Assembly (NCBI GenBank): GCA_002269645.1
Contig: NIVC01003752.1
Location: 14,896 to 78,895 of the forward strand
Direction: 5' to 3'
Length of the DNA stretch: 64,000 nucleotides
Source: Macrostomum lignano
Taxonomy: Eukaryota
Part shown: positions 23,963 to 35,860 of the stretch, piece after piece
Layout: each line of letters starts with the position of its first letter
How positions within the stretch are numbered: position 1 is the stretch's first letter
Translations under genes and position numbers: made by a program
Notes under the pieces: model-generated
What the model saw: only the letters and a program-made list of their open reading frames with translations
What the model was told of the DNA's origin: nothing
Databases searched by the model: none

Positions 23963-24624
23963 CCGGTGGGGGTTCGGTGGGAGAAGCTCGGTGGGAGAAT
24001 GGTCTTGTCATTTTTTTAAACGTTTTTTTCAAGTGACAGACCAATTTAACATGAAAAATCGATTAATGCGTCGTTAGAGCAGCATGTGAGGCACAAAATA
24101 GTGTGATAGGACTTTCTCTGACACTGTTAAGAGACCCAATCACTGTTTTAGTGTTGAAAATCGTGAAATTTCCTATCCCGTAGTGTATTTTTCCGGTGAA
24201 ACCTGCCTTTAAAACTATTTCTGAACGACAAGCTTTATGAATAACGATAGAGCAATAAGAAAGGCACAACATATCAAAAGATGAACATTGGGTCTTTCTC
24301 CTATCGAAAGCAATAACAATTTCTGTGCTGAAAAAAAATAAAACCTCCTATCTCTGTAGTGTATTTTTCGGCGAAAAGTTGCCTTCAAAACATTTACCAT
24401 AGATTTCGAGTGTTGCGTCCTTCTACTTAAGTTGTCCTTGTAAGATTTCTGTAAATCTTAAGTCACATGTCGGCTGAACGTCGGTGTAATCTAAAAGTAC
24501 ATATCTGTCATCGATTTCGATAAGCGTCGGATTGCTGTGCGGATATGCATGTACATGTAACTCCTGTAAAAAGCTACATGTAAAAAGGAGAATGAAGTAT
24601 GGATACACTGTAGCATAATTTATT

Positions 24625-25740
24625 GACCATTTTCATTTTCTTCTCATTTCTCTCTGCTCGCTCCTCTCTCTCTCTCTCTCTCTCTCTGCTCTCTCCTGTC
24701 TCATCTCTCTTCTCCTCTCAATCTTTCCCCTCTTTCCCCTGTCCTCTCGATTCTCTCCCCCCTCCTCTCTCCTCACTCACTTCTCTCTCCCTTTGTCTCA
24801 CCTCTCAACTCTCATCCCTCATCTCTTATTTCTTATCTCTCCTCTTTTCCCTCTCATCTCTCCTCTCTCATCTGTCATCTTTACTCTCTAATACTCGTAT
24901 GCTCTCTCACTTCTCTCCTTTGTACTCTTCTCTTTCTCCTCTTTTAACTCCTCTCTTTCCTTCATTCTCCTTTCTTCTCTTCTTTTCTCTTCTCTCCCCT
25001 CTTCTATACTCTCTCCCTCTCTTGTCTTCTCTCTTCTCTCTCCACTCTCCTCTCTCCTCTCATATATCGTCTGTTCACTCTCATCTTTGCTCTCTCATCC
25101 CCCTCTCTCTTCTGTCATCTCTACTCTCCTCTCTCCTGTGTACTCTTCTCTTTTCCCTCTTCTGACTCCTCTCTTTCCTTACTCCTCTCTTCTTTTCCCT
25201 CTTCTGTACTCTCTCGCTCTATTATCTTCTCTCGTCTCTCTGCACTCTGCTCTCTCTTCCTTCATCTCTCATCTTTACTCTCTCATCTCTCCTTTCATAT
25301 CTCTCATCTCTCTCATCTCATCTCTTTCCTCCCCCATCGTCCCTTTACTCTATCATCTCTCTTTTCTCCTCTCTTCTTTCTCAACTCTCTCTCATCTCTA
25401 TCTCCTCTCTTATCACTCTTCCCCCCCTCGCTCCCCCTCTTATCTCCTCTCTTCTCTATCCTTTCTAATCTCTCCTCTGGATCATCTCTCATCTCCTCTC
25501 TATTCTCTCATCTCTACTCTCTTCTCACTCTTCTCTACTCTCCTCTCTCATCGATCCTCTGTCTCATCTCTCCCCTCTTCTCTCTCCCTCCTCTCACCTC
25601 TACTCTTTCCTCTCCCTCCTCTCTCCCCTCCTCTCGCTTCTTCCTCCCATATTCTCTGCTCTCTCCTCACCCCCTCGTCTCTCCTGTTATCTTTTATCTT
25701 TTCTCTTATCCCCCTCTCGCCCCTCCGCTCTTTCTAATAG
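24625..25740. repeat. About 1.1-kb CT-rich polypyrimidine tract
   Basis: Almost exclusively C/T on the plus strand; source of the S/L/P-rich ORFs. Confidence 0.95.
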
Positions 25741-25759
25741 TCTATTCCTTCTCCTTTTC

Positions 25760-25832
25760 ACTCTCATATGGCCCGCAGCCATGAGCTTGATTCTTTATCT
25801 GGCCTTTGACGTAAAAAATCTGCCGATCCCTG
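25760..25832. mobile_element. 3' end of a hAT-like MITE
   Basis: tggcccgc..tggcc..aaaaaatctgccgatccctg resembles hAT MITE ends; other end not found. Confidence 0.4.
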
Positions 25833-26928
25833 CTTCGAAAGCCCGTTTGTGGGACGTAGTACTATCATGGTTGTTATCATTTCTCATGCTTTAATCACGT
25901 CATCTTTCTGGCCAATTAGCAGCCCTAAGAGGAATTTGTGTATCTCCAGCTCCACCACCACAACCTCTGCAGCAGTCTAACAATTAGCTAACCAAGGAAA
26001 TACGCATTTCTTTAGGAGCCATTTAAATTTTAAAGAAACCCTATGCGAATCTTAGTGTTAAAATTTGTAATCAGTTATTCATTAATTTTTCGCTATTTTT
26101 GCAAACCATCCCACATCGCCTTGTTGATTTGCCATCCACTGTTAAACTGCTGCAGACTTGTCTATACAGAGGACAGTAGTTTGAATCTCTCACTAAACTG
26201 TCTCTCCTCTCCACGCCTCTCCACTCGTGGGGGTACAGAGAAGGCTATATTGAAAAGTTATTCCAAAACACTGTAATTCGCTATGCACATTGAGCCCTAT
26301 CGCCTGACCTTTCGTCTGGGCTGGGGGAAATGAGTGAGTGAGCGGCACAAACAACAGAAAAAGCAGACAAACTTCACATGCTTAAAGTTTCTGTTCTAAT
26401 TGATTTACAGAGTTGAGACTTTATATTTAGACAGTGAATACAGGCTGCAAGGCCGGGGCTGTTGCCCCCAGGACCCCGGGTCCTGCACGTAATGGCGTGG
26501 TGAACTATCTGTGCAGTATGAGACTGGTATGGCCTTTATCCCAGCCAGCGATGCTCACACCTGCCTCCCCTGGCGGGCTGATAGCTCAAGAGACTCTGTC
26601 TCCTGATTTTCACCTTGCAAGGCGCACTTCGAAGGGTACTCGTCCCGTGGGTGTTAAGGCAGGCCCCCTTTGGGCCCTGCCGAGCTGATTCGTTGGCGCC
26701 GGGTCCTGGTGTGACCATAAACGCACCCTCTAATGTCCCAGTGTAACTCCGTGCTGATGGACGCTTGGCCAGGGAGTAGTCTGGTCGCTAACGGTTCCCC
26801 TTGCGCTTTTGGGTCCCCCCGCAGGGTGGTATTTCGCTTTTTGGGGGCCTGCCGCTTGGTTTGGGGTTGCGGCCTTGCGGCTCTTTGCCTGTGTTCTACA
26901 GGAAGTCCCACCTTTTTACTTCCAGCCA

Positions 26929-28441
26929 ATGGCTTCTAACCGAAGTAACAATCCGGATGTGGATGACACAGTGCCTCCGGCCTCGGCTGGGGCCGTGGAC
27001 TCCTCGGCCATACCACCTGCTACCATCGGGGACGCCTCGGCGAGACCCGTGGAGCCAACTCTGAGCGGTGCCTCCGAGAAGACACCTGCTACTCCAGCTG
27101 CTAAGCAACGCAGCACCACCTCTGGAGCTGCCCGCCGTCGACTTAACAAGGCGAGGCGGGCCAAGGAGGGCGGAAGCCAAACCGGTGCCAGGGGCCAACG
27201 GCCCGCGGCAGCGGAAGCTTCCCAGTCTGGGGCGGTGGCGGAAGAGGGCCTCGAGCCCACGGAAGCCCCTGCCCAGGATAGGGAGGCCGATGCAGCCGGG
27301 AGGGTGGACAGCCCACCTGAAGAAAGCTCCACTGACCCCCGGGCCTCCTACGCTGATGCGGCAAAGAGGCAACCGGCGGTTGTCATCCTGGGAAAGGACG
27401 CGCGCCTGTCTCCCGATCAGCTGAAGCAGGTGAGAAGTGCCGTTGATGGCCTCCTGTGGAAGCTTACTCTGAAGGGCACGCCTCTGAACATTCATTCGAA
27501 TGCGACGAGGGACTCGTGCCTTCTCATTTGGCCCAGTGATGCTGACTCGGGTCGGCGGCTCCTTGAGCTGCTGCCCGAGCAGAGCTGGGACCTCAACCTA
27601 GCCTTCTGCAGAGAGGACGAGCGCCCCCGGACCAAGAGGCATCGAATCTGGGTCCCGGCCAGGAGCGTTGTTACCTCTGCTGACGAGCTCCGGAAAGGAC
27701 TGCTAGCAGTCAACCGAGAGCTTCCCGCCGCGGGCCTAGTGGTGCATGACACCCTTAAGCGCACCGACGGCACTGGCTTCACAGCCATCCTGGGGCTGTC
27801 GGACGCCTGGATGAGGCGTTATCCACACGGCAGCTTCATCAACGTCGGCCTTTGGAAGCTGCGCATCCGCTCCTACGAGGCCGACCCTCCCCGTGGCAGT
27901 GAGCAGGGATGCGGAGGCGGCCGGGGCCGAGGCGCAAGCCTCTGCTCAGGCTGCCAAACCAAACCGCCCTGCCCGGCAGCACGGCCGCGCGGGCAAAGCT
28001 GAGCGCGCTGCTGAGGGCGGAGGCGACCGACGCCCGGTGCGCAGCACCAAGCGGCGCGGCCTGTACCAGCGCGCAGCTGAGGCGGTCCGCACCGCTAAAA
28101 TCACCCAGCTGAGGCGAGAGGTCGCCGGGACGCCCAGGCGCACCAGTTCGTCCAGGGAGGGTGGGGACGTCCCAGCTGGGCCCAACCCCTTGGAGCAGGG
28201 CCGACTGGAGACGGACCCGCCTGCCCAGGCGGCTGGCTGCTCCAGGGCATTGGGCCAATCTGAGGCGGAGGACCCCATGGATGGTGGGCAAAGGGCGGCG
28301 AACGCTGCCTATTGCCTTCCGGCCAGTCGGGGGCCTTTCGCTGAAGAAGAGCCCATGGACACCGGCGACCCCGACCCGAAGCTGGTGAGCGCCGAGGAGG
28401 AGGAGGAACTCCTGGCGACTGCAACACCCGATCTGCACTGA
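26929..28441 (+). CDS. LINE ORF1 (DUF4780-like), one frameshift near 27890
   Basis: ATG 26929; ORFs 26809-28002 and 27893-28441 join by a 1-nt indel in a C run; RIWVP..LLAVN..GFTAILG..VGLWKL resembles LOA-clade ORF1; no CCHC knuckle. Confidence 0.7.
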
Positions 28442-31400
28442 TGCCAGCGGCTACCTGGTGTCTGCAGATTAACACCCAGCACTGCGTGGCGGCGTCGGTC
28501 AACCTGATGCGCACGGCAGAGCAACAGCTTCCGGGCCTGGTCTTCGTGCAGGAGCCCTGGATGACTAAAGGTAAGCCAAATAATGTGCCATCTGGCTACC
28601 ACTGTTTTTGCATGGCGGGCTCTCAGCCTCGCCCAAGATCTCTGAGCTTTTGAGGCATGGATGAGACCTGATCTCTCGTCTGGGGACATCTGTGTTGTTC
28701 AAATCAATAACCTCATTCCCAATAAACCTGTGCTGGTAGCATCTGCCTATTTCCCGGGCGATGCCCCAGTTGTCTGCGACGCGCTAGTCAACCTTATTGA
28801 CTATGCTGCGTCCCATCGGTTCGAGCTGCTCATTGCAGGGGATGTGAACGCACACCACCTGCATTGGGGCAGCAAGAACATCAATAGCAGAGGCGAGGAG
28901 CTGCTGGCCTATGTCAGCAGCACTAACCTCAATTTCTGTAACGTGGGCAATGCACCAACGTTCAATAATGGGCGGTGGGCCGAAGTCATCGACACCACCA
29001 TCGCCTCACCCGGACTGCTTTCCGCAGTTACGGGCTGGCGAGTGTGGGGACGAGGACTCACTCTCGGACCACCGCTTTATCCGCTTTTGCATTGGGCCGA
29101 CCAAGCAAAAGCCTAAGGTCACTTGGAGTCGGAACGTCAGAAACACCGATTGGGCCACCTTTGGCTCGAAGCTGAGCCGCGGCCTTCGGGATCTTGACCC
29201 CCCCAGTGACCTCTCTGACTGCCAGGTGGTGGATGATCTCGCCTCCTCCCTGAGTGGGGCGATCACCACTGCCTTCGAAGCAGCCTGCCCTCTAAAAGCC
29301 TATAAAGGCAAGAAATCTGCTCCCTGGTGGAACCCAGAGCTCGGGGCCCTTCGGCGCCGAGCCAGGACCCTCCAAAGGCGAGCGCTCAAAACCAAAGACC
29401 CATCTGACAGAGAGGCTTATACCCGTGCGATCCACGAGTTTAAGGGCCAAGTCAGAAGGGCCAAGACGGCCAAGTGGCGCCAATACTGCGAAGGGCTTGA
29501 GGGCTCTCGCCCCGTAGCCCGCGTGGTTAAGGCACTCACGAATGACCGTTTTTCTAAACTCTCTGTTGTGAAGAGACCTGACGGCTCGGTCACAGGGAGC
29601 TCTGAAGAGACTCTGGAGCTAATGCTCAACAGTTTCTTCCCTAAATCTCCGACTCAGCAGGGCCCGCCTGACCACACAGTGGGAGGGCAAGGCCTAGCAA
29701 AGTCTATAATCACCAAAGACCGCATTATTAGAGCGGCAAGGTCCTTTAACCCGTTCAAGGCGCCTGGGCCCGACGGCATCTACCCAGCGTTCTTGCACGA
29801 GGCGGCGAAAAACCACCGCTTTCTGGACCTCCTCTGTCGTCTCCTCCGAGCTTGTGTGGAACTGGGCTATGTACCAGTTGCGTGGAGAGAGGCCCGGGTG
29901 GTCTTTATCCCCAAGCCTGGAAAGAGCGATTACCAATCGGTGAAGGCCTTCAGGCCTATCAGCCTCACTTCTTTCTGCCTCAAGCTCCTCGAGAGACTGG
30001 TGCTCTGGCGCCTACTTTCAGTCGAGCTGAAGCGCTTCCCACTCTCGCAGAACCAGCACGCCTTCCGCGCGGGCAGGTCTACCGAGAGTGCCCTCCATGT
30101 CATTGTTGACTTCCTGGAGAGGGCCGTTCTTGGCAGCGGCTTTGCCCTCTCGCTTTTCTGGACATTGAGGGGGCCTTCGATAACGTCATCTTCGAGGCCT
30201 TTTGCAGAGCCCTGGAATCCAGGGCCACGCACCCTCACCTTGTCCGGTGGATCATGTTCATGATCCGGAACCGCACTGTTGTGGCCCACCTGAACGGCAG
30301 CTCTCTTTCGGCGCCTGTCCAAAAAGGGGGCCCCCAGGGCGGAGTTCTCACCCCCGTTCTCTGGAACATGGTCATGGATGAGCTGCTTTGCAGTGATCTT
30401 CACGACCCCATTCTCAAGGTGGGCTATGCCGATGACGTGACCGCGGTCTGCGCGGGCCCCTCGGTTGACACCATCAGAGATCTTCTGCAGGGCTTTCTGG
30501 GACGAGCGGAGCGTTGGGCAAACCAATGTGGCCTCAGACTCTCAGAGTCGAAAACCACAGCGGTCATGTTTACCAACAAACTGCTCTGGACCATTAAGCC
30601 CCTCACCCTCTATGGAAAGAACATTTCCATGGAGAAGCAGGTCCGCTGCCTGGGCCTCACTCTGGACCACAGGCTCAACTGGACTCCGCACATTCAAACT
30701 AAAGCCAAAAAAGCCCTGGCTGTCCTGGCTCAGATCAGGCGCGCCGTGGGCACCACCTGGGGGCTCACCCCAGGAAGCTGTGGTGGATTTACACTGCAAT
30801 CATCCGCCCCTCGATCAGTTACGCCAGCCTCGTGTGGGCTAGCGGTCCGGGCGTCAAGAGTAACCTCGACGCTCTCTACAAAATCCAGGGCAGAGCCTGC
30901 CGCATGACTATGGGCGCTCCACCCTCTACTCCTTTTGAAGGCATGAATGCCTTCCTCTGCACCCCTCCTCTGGATATTTATATCAAAGGAGAGGCGGCGA
31001 AGAGCACCCGGCGTCTTCTGGATGCTGGGGTGGCCTTCAAGAAAGTGCGGGCCTTTAAGAAGCGGTCGCTTATCCCGCACTCTGACCTCTGCCTCAAGGC
31101 TTTAGAAGAATGTGGCGGGCTCAACATCCTCACGGACTCGATCCCAGCCACCCTTCTCCTGAGCCAAAGGTATAAGGTCACTATTCAGCCTCGACATGAG
31201 GCGAGTGACAGCTGGAGCGATTCTGTAGTCCACTGTTACACTGACGGCTCTATGAAGCATGATCTTTCAGGCTTCGGAGCGTGCGTCTTCTTCAAGGGAG
31301 AAGTGGCGTGGAGCTACTCCCAGCACACTGGGCTCAACTCCAGTGTTTTTCTCAGAGCGAGGTGCTTGCCATCAGCTCCTGCGCGGCAGAACTGCGCCGA

Positions 31401-32129
31401 AGGCAGCTTAGCGGTCGGAAGCTTATTTTTCACTCTGACAGCCAAGCAGCCCTTCGGGCCCTCTGCCGCTGCACCACCAGCTCCAGGTCCGTCCTGGACT
31501 GCAACACCCAGCTCAACGGGCTTGCGCTAGGCAACCAGGTAGAGCTCAGATGGATCCCGGGCCACGCCGGTTTCCTCGGCAACGAGCGCGCCGACCTGCT
31601 GGCCAAGGCTGGCTCCGCCGGCGCGCTGCTGGGGCCGGGCCCGGGGGCCCCCATCCCCGCCTCGGTGATCAACTCCCGCGTAAAGCGTTGGACTGACTCC
31701 GAGCATCTCCGCAGGTGGCACGACACCCGGAATTGTAGGCAATCCCGGGCGGCCGTCCCCTGCCCCTCCCCTCTCCTGCGTAGAGCCCTCCTCAGGCTCA
31801 ACCGCAGAGACCTCAGAGCAGTTAGCATGGCCCTCTCCGGCCATGGCTGCTTCTCTCGCCACCGCTTCCTTCAGGGCCAAGTACTCGAGGAGCGGTGCCC
31901 CTTCTGCCGCTCAGGCAGTGAAAACGCCGAGCATTTTATCTGCCACTGCCCGGTTTTCACCAGGGCCAGGCTCACTCACCTCGGGCCAAACCCGGTTCTC
32001 TCCGACGTTTGCAGGCCCGAGAGCATCCCGCTGCTCGCCCGGTACCTTAGGGACACGGGACGAGTCGATTTCTTCCCCACTGTCGGTGAGGAGGACCGCG
32101 CTGCAGGCGAGACCGACGGGTCCCCCTGA
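28441..32129 (+). CDS. LINE ORF2: endonuclease, RT, RNase H, CCHC (about 5 frameshifts)
   Basis: QINTQH, VQEPW, GDVNAH, SDH; APGPDG, FRPISL, LDIEGAFD, PQGGVL, YADD; YTDGS, SDSQAAL, WIPGH..GNERAD; CPFC..ENAEHFICHC. Confidence 0.9.
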
Positions 32130-32399
32130 GCGACTTCACTTCAACGGAAGTCATTGGTCGCCTGGGGCTAGCGGAATGGGCGGTCTCCTCCGCCTCCCCG
32201 CTGCATCCGCCGGACGCCCCCTGCAGCTAAGTCAAGACAGGCTGCAAGTCAAAGAAGAATTGTGTCAAGTTTCAAGTCAATGGCCTCACGTGTAGGAAAC
32301 GTATGGCAGCCGAAAGTTAGTGAATTTTAAAACCCCCCGTTTACACATCAGGCCCAGTTCGGGAAAAAGAGGCAGGCGGAGGTTGGGGTGGCTTCCTCG

Positions 32400-32775
32400 C
32401 TGACAAAAAACAGCCTAACTTAAAAAGTGCACAGCGCTGTTCAGATTTAACTTTGAGACTTGTAATTTTACACGATTGTGTCAAAATAGTTGAAAATTAA
32501 TTGTGTTAAATTTGAAGAGGACCCGTACAATTGGAGCGACGCTATGAAGGATTTACTGAAAAAATCGCACATTTTGAGCAGTTTTTTGCACTTTTACGTA
32601 GGAAGACTCAAATTTAGGAAATTTTAAGGTAGCATGTGACACTTTCCGTAGTGAATTTAGGGTGGGTGCAAAATTTGATGTAGTTTGGTTAAGCGGTTTG
32701 GTAGTCCATAGCGAAGTATCAATAATTTGTACACACACACTACACAGACAGAGTTTTGATTTTTATATGTAGATG
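32400..32775 (+). mobile_element. Possible DINE-1/HINE-like non-autonomous element end
   Basis: gcaaaatttgatg..ggttaagcggtttg..acacacacactacacagacaga..ttttatatgtagat layout; recognised by resemblance only. Confidence 0.35.
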
Positions 32776-33133
32776 TTTTGTTATATCGAGTTAATATCGT
32801 TCACTATATTAAAATTTACCTTTTCTCTGAATTCATATGACAATTTCGCTTGCAAGCGTCGCTGCTTGGCTACTTCTAGAAGGTCCGCGTTCTGCTGGCA
32901 CCGCCAACAACACGCTGCCTACCAACGTCGACAAAACATAGAGCCTACTGATTGGCTCTGAGTAGCCTAGCCTTGTCTTTAATCACCACACGGTTCGACT
33001 AAGATTAGAGATACGCTTAGCTATACGAAACGTGTTAGGCCTAGTCTAAACTTTATTCTAAAAGCTTAATTCTACGTGTAACTTCAAAAAACGTAACTTT
33101 TATAACTTTGGAGTATTCTTTCACTAGGTCTCA

Positions 33134-33247
33134 ATGGCGGCAATAAAGCTCTACAAAGAGATTGTACGCACTCTCATTTCTAAAAAGAGTGCATCTGTAT
33201 TAAATCAGCAATTAACACACTCTGCTAACCCTATTTCGCCAATTTCG
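33134..33247 (+). CDS. FMC1: FMC1 (LYR-family complex V assembly factor), exon 1
   Basis: MAAIKLYKEIVRTL (LYR-like); phase-0 donor TCG|GTATGT; acceptor ttctttcactag upstream of ATG. Confidence 0.7.
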
Positions 33248-35729
33248 GTATGTTACAGGATTTTTAATCTTATGACGTTATGCTGACGTGTGTAAGACTA
33301 TAAGAATAAGTTTTATGTCCTGAGGTGTACATTTGTTTTGTATAATGAAATATAAAATAAAATTTAATTTTAGACTAGGCCCTACAAAATATCTTTGAGT
33401 CTAGAGTACAAGCCATAGTCAGGAAGGTGTCCAGTGAACGCAGGAACTAATTCTGGGCAAAATTAAGCCTGAACGCCAATGTACGCCAATTTTTTTAGCT
33501 TCATTTCAAACATTACGCTGTACGCTGAAGTCCTTTTTCTGTATTTAAAATTGGATTTTACGAAAGAATGGACTACTTTATTGCTCGCAACAATTTGAGA
33601 AAAATTGAAAACAGAAACAAATAAAACAATTCTTTTTTCACAAAAGTGCAAAATAACAATCTTTAGAAATAGTTTTCTATTATCTGCTTACTTTTTATTA
33701 TTCTTTAATTTTTTCAATGGCCATAAATCAGCAAAGACATACAATACAACGCAAATGAGATTGAATATGATTTGTAAAAAAAGTCACAGTGATTGCTTGC
33801 TTACATATGCGGACAGTGGTTATGATACCACCAGTAAAATTGGTATGCCGATTTTGTCGTTCTGTTGTATGTGTACACAGATACGCAGATATGCCAGTTT
33901 TCTAAAGATCTAGGCCTATATGCTGAAACTGATTCTAACAGCCAAGTGTACATGGGAATATTCCTGCGTACGGACACCTTCCTGACTATGGAGTACAAGT
34001 ACAAGACAAAAAACAAAGCTTCTTTTAAAATGAAATTTTAGGCCTATCAGTTTTCTTCCAGCGTAACTCCATGCATAAAACAGACTATGGGCATAAGCTA
34101 GTCCTACAATATAAATTCATGCAATTTTTTGGCATATAAATTTTTGGTATAATAATTCATGCCAAATTTTTGGCATAGGCCCTACAAATTTTGATATACA
34201 AATTCATGCCAACTTTTTGGCATACAAATTTTGGTAAATAAATTCATGCCATGCAGTGCATGAAAATTTAATTATAAGTTATTGTTTTTACATAAAATGA
34301 AGGAAAGCTAGTATACCTTAGAAAGTCCGTGATAGCCTAAGCTTTTTGGTTCCTTTAAATTAACAATAGAATGAGATATATATAGATTTTTTGGTAGCAA
34401 TTGCATAAGTTGAAGCCAAGTAGCCAATATGTCTATATTGTCATTATATCCTTTTGTATGAAATTTATTGTTGCAGGATTTTTAGTCAATTCTACTATCT
34501 ATGGTACTTTGACAAAGCAGTAAAGCTAATAGTTGTCTATAACTATAGTAGTTAGAAAGGACAATGAAGATGACTCACCTATCTATCATAAATAAATCTC
34601 TAATAGATTTTTTAGCTTTTAATTAAATTACCAATAATAGAATAAAGAGCTATATATATACAAAAACCCTGGCAGAGAAAATATAGATTTCTATGAACAA
34701 GTTGGCTTTTGTCAACCAAGAGTCGAGCAGTTACTTATTTTTTGGAAATTAATAGTTTAGACTAGCAATAGTCTAAAATTTTGGCTAAAAATTTGAGTAC
34801 CTAAAATTTTGGGCATTTTCATTGCAAATTTTTGGGTATAGTTTCAATTTTGAGTATTACACTTTTGAGTACATTGATACCTGAAATTTCAAGCTCATTG
34901 TCTTATATCTAAAGCTGAGTGGATCAATTGATTGACTGGCCAGGTTTAATGCGTATCTCCTCCTAGATGGCTGCCAACTCAAATGCAGAACTTATATGTA
35001 TGAATGTAGAATTTTCGTAACCTTTGGCCAGTCTGCCTCTCTAGTAGAAAGGTTGCAGTAGCCTGATGTAAAAATAGCCACCCTAACCTCTGCCCATGGG
35101 TTGCTATATATTGGAAGGGTGGGTATATTCAATGCAAATAAAACTCTTGCATGTTAGAGGTTCAATTAAATTTAATGATTCCCCTGGAATGGGAGGTTGG
35201 GCTTAGGCTAAGTATACATAGCAGTTGTATCAGTAAGCAGATAGCTAAGGCTGTGCTGAGATTCAATTGGTTTTATTATTGGCACCTTTCCCTGTGTATT
35301 AGCTGAATAGTGAAATTATCACCTTAACATTAGAGTCTAGACTAGGCACTGCTAGGGCATGGACAGGATACCAGACATACCATAGTCATAATTAGTGAAT
35401 TGATCTATATAAATCAATAATAAGACCATAAAATTAATATAGAAAACATCAAAAATCTAAATCTGCCCCCATTTAACTCCCCACTTCTCTGTATATTTGT
35501 CACTTTAGCCACCCCTCCTCCTCTCTCCTCAGTCCCTCAATATTTGCCACTTTAAACCCTCTTTCTCTCTCCCTCCTCACAATGGAGTTTTATGGGTTTG
35601 CTCACCATCTAAACTTGTGGGCTCTACCAATCATCCTCTCCTTTCATTATTTGACTCCAAACCCCCAAGTTGGCAATGGAAATCCCCAAACACCAAAACC
35701 AAAAGCCTAGTCTTGTGCACAGCTTTATA

Positions 35730-35860
35730 TTGATTAATGAAATTGAAAAGCTTGCTGGGGGCATTCTTGTTGTGCTTGCCTCTAGCGCAGATTCTGAATG
35801 TCTCTTCACTGTCTTTAGTGCTGAGGGACTCATTGTGACTGAGAAGCTAGAACTTCACAA
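35730..35860 (+). pseudogene. Decayed hAT dimerisation-domain remnant in FMC1 intron 1
   Basis: LASSADSECLF..SAEGLIVTEK resembles PASSA.SERLFS.AG.IVT.KR. Confidence 0.4.

Larger units (their letters stand above)
26452..32236 (+). mobile_element. Full-length non-LTR retrotransposon, LOA/Lian-like, with RNase H
   Basis: 12-bp TSD ACAGGCTGCAAG (26440-51, 32237-48); 5' UTR, ORF1, ORF2 with APE, RT, RNase H and CCHC. Confidence 0.92.

Noticed and set aside
26452-26760. HDV-like ribozyme at the LINE 5' end
   Set aside because: Could not build consistent P1/P2/P3/P1.1 by eye; an Infernal or RNArobo search would decide.
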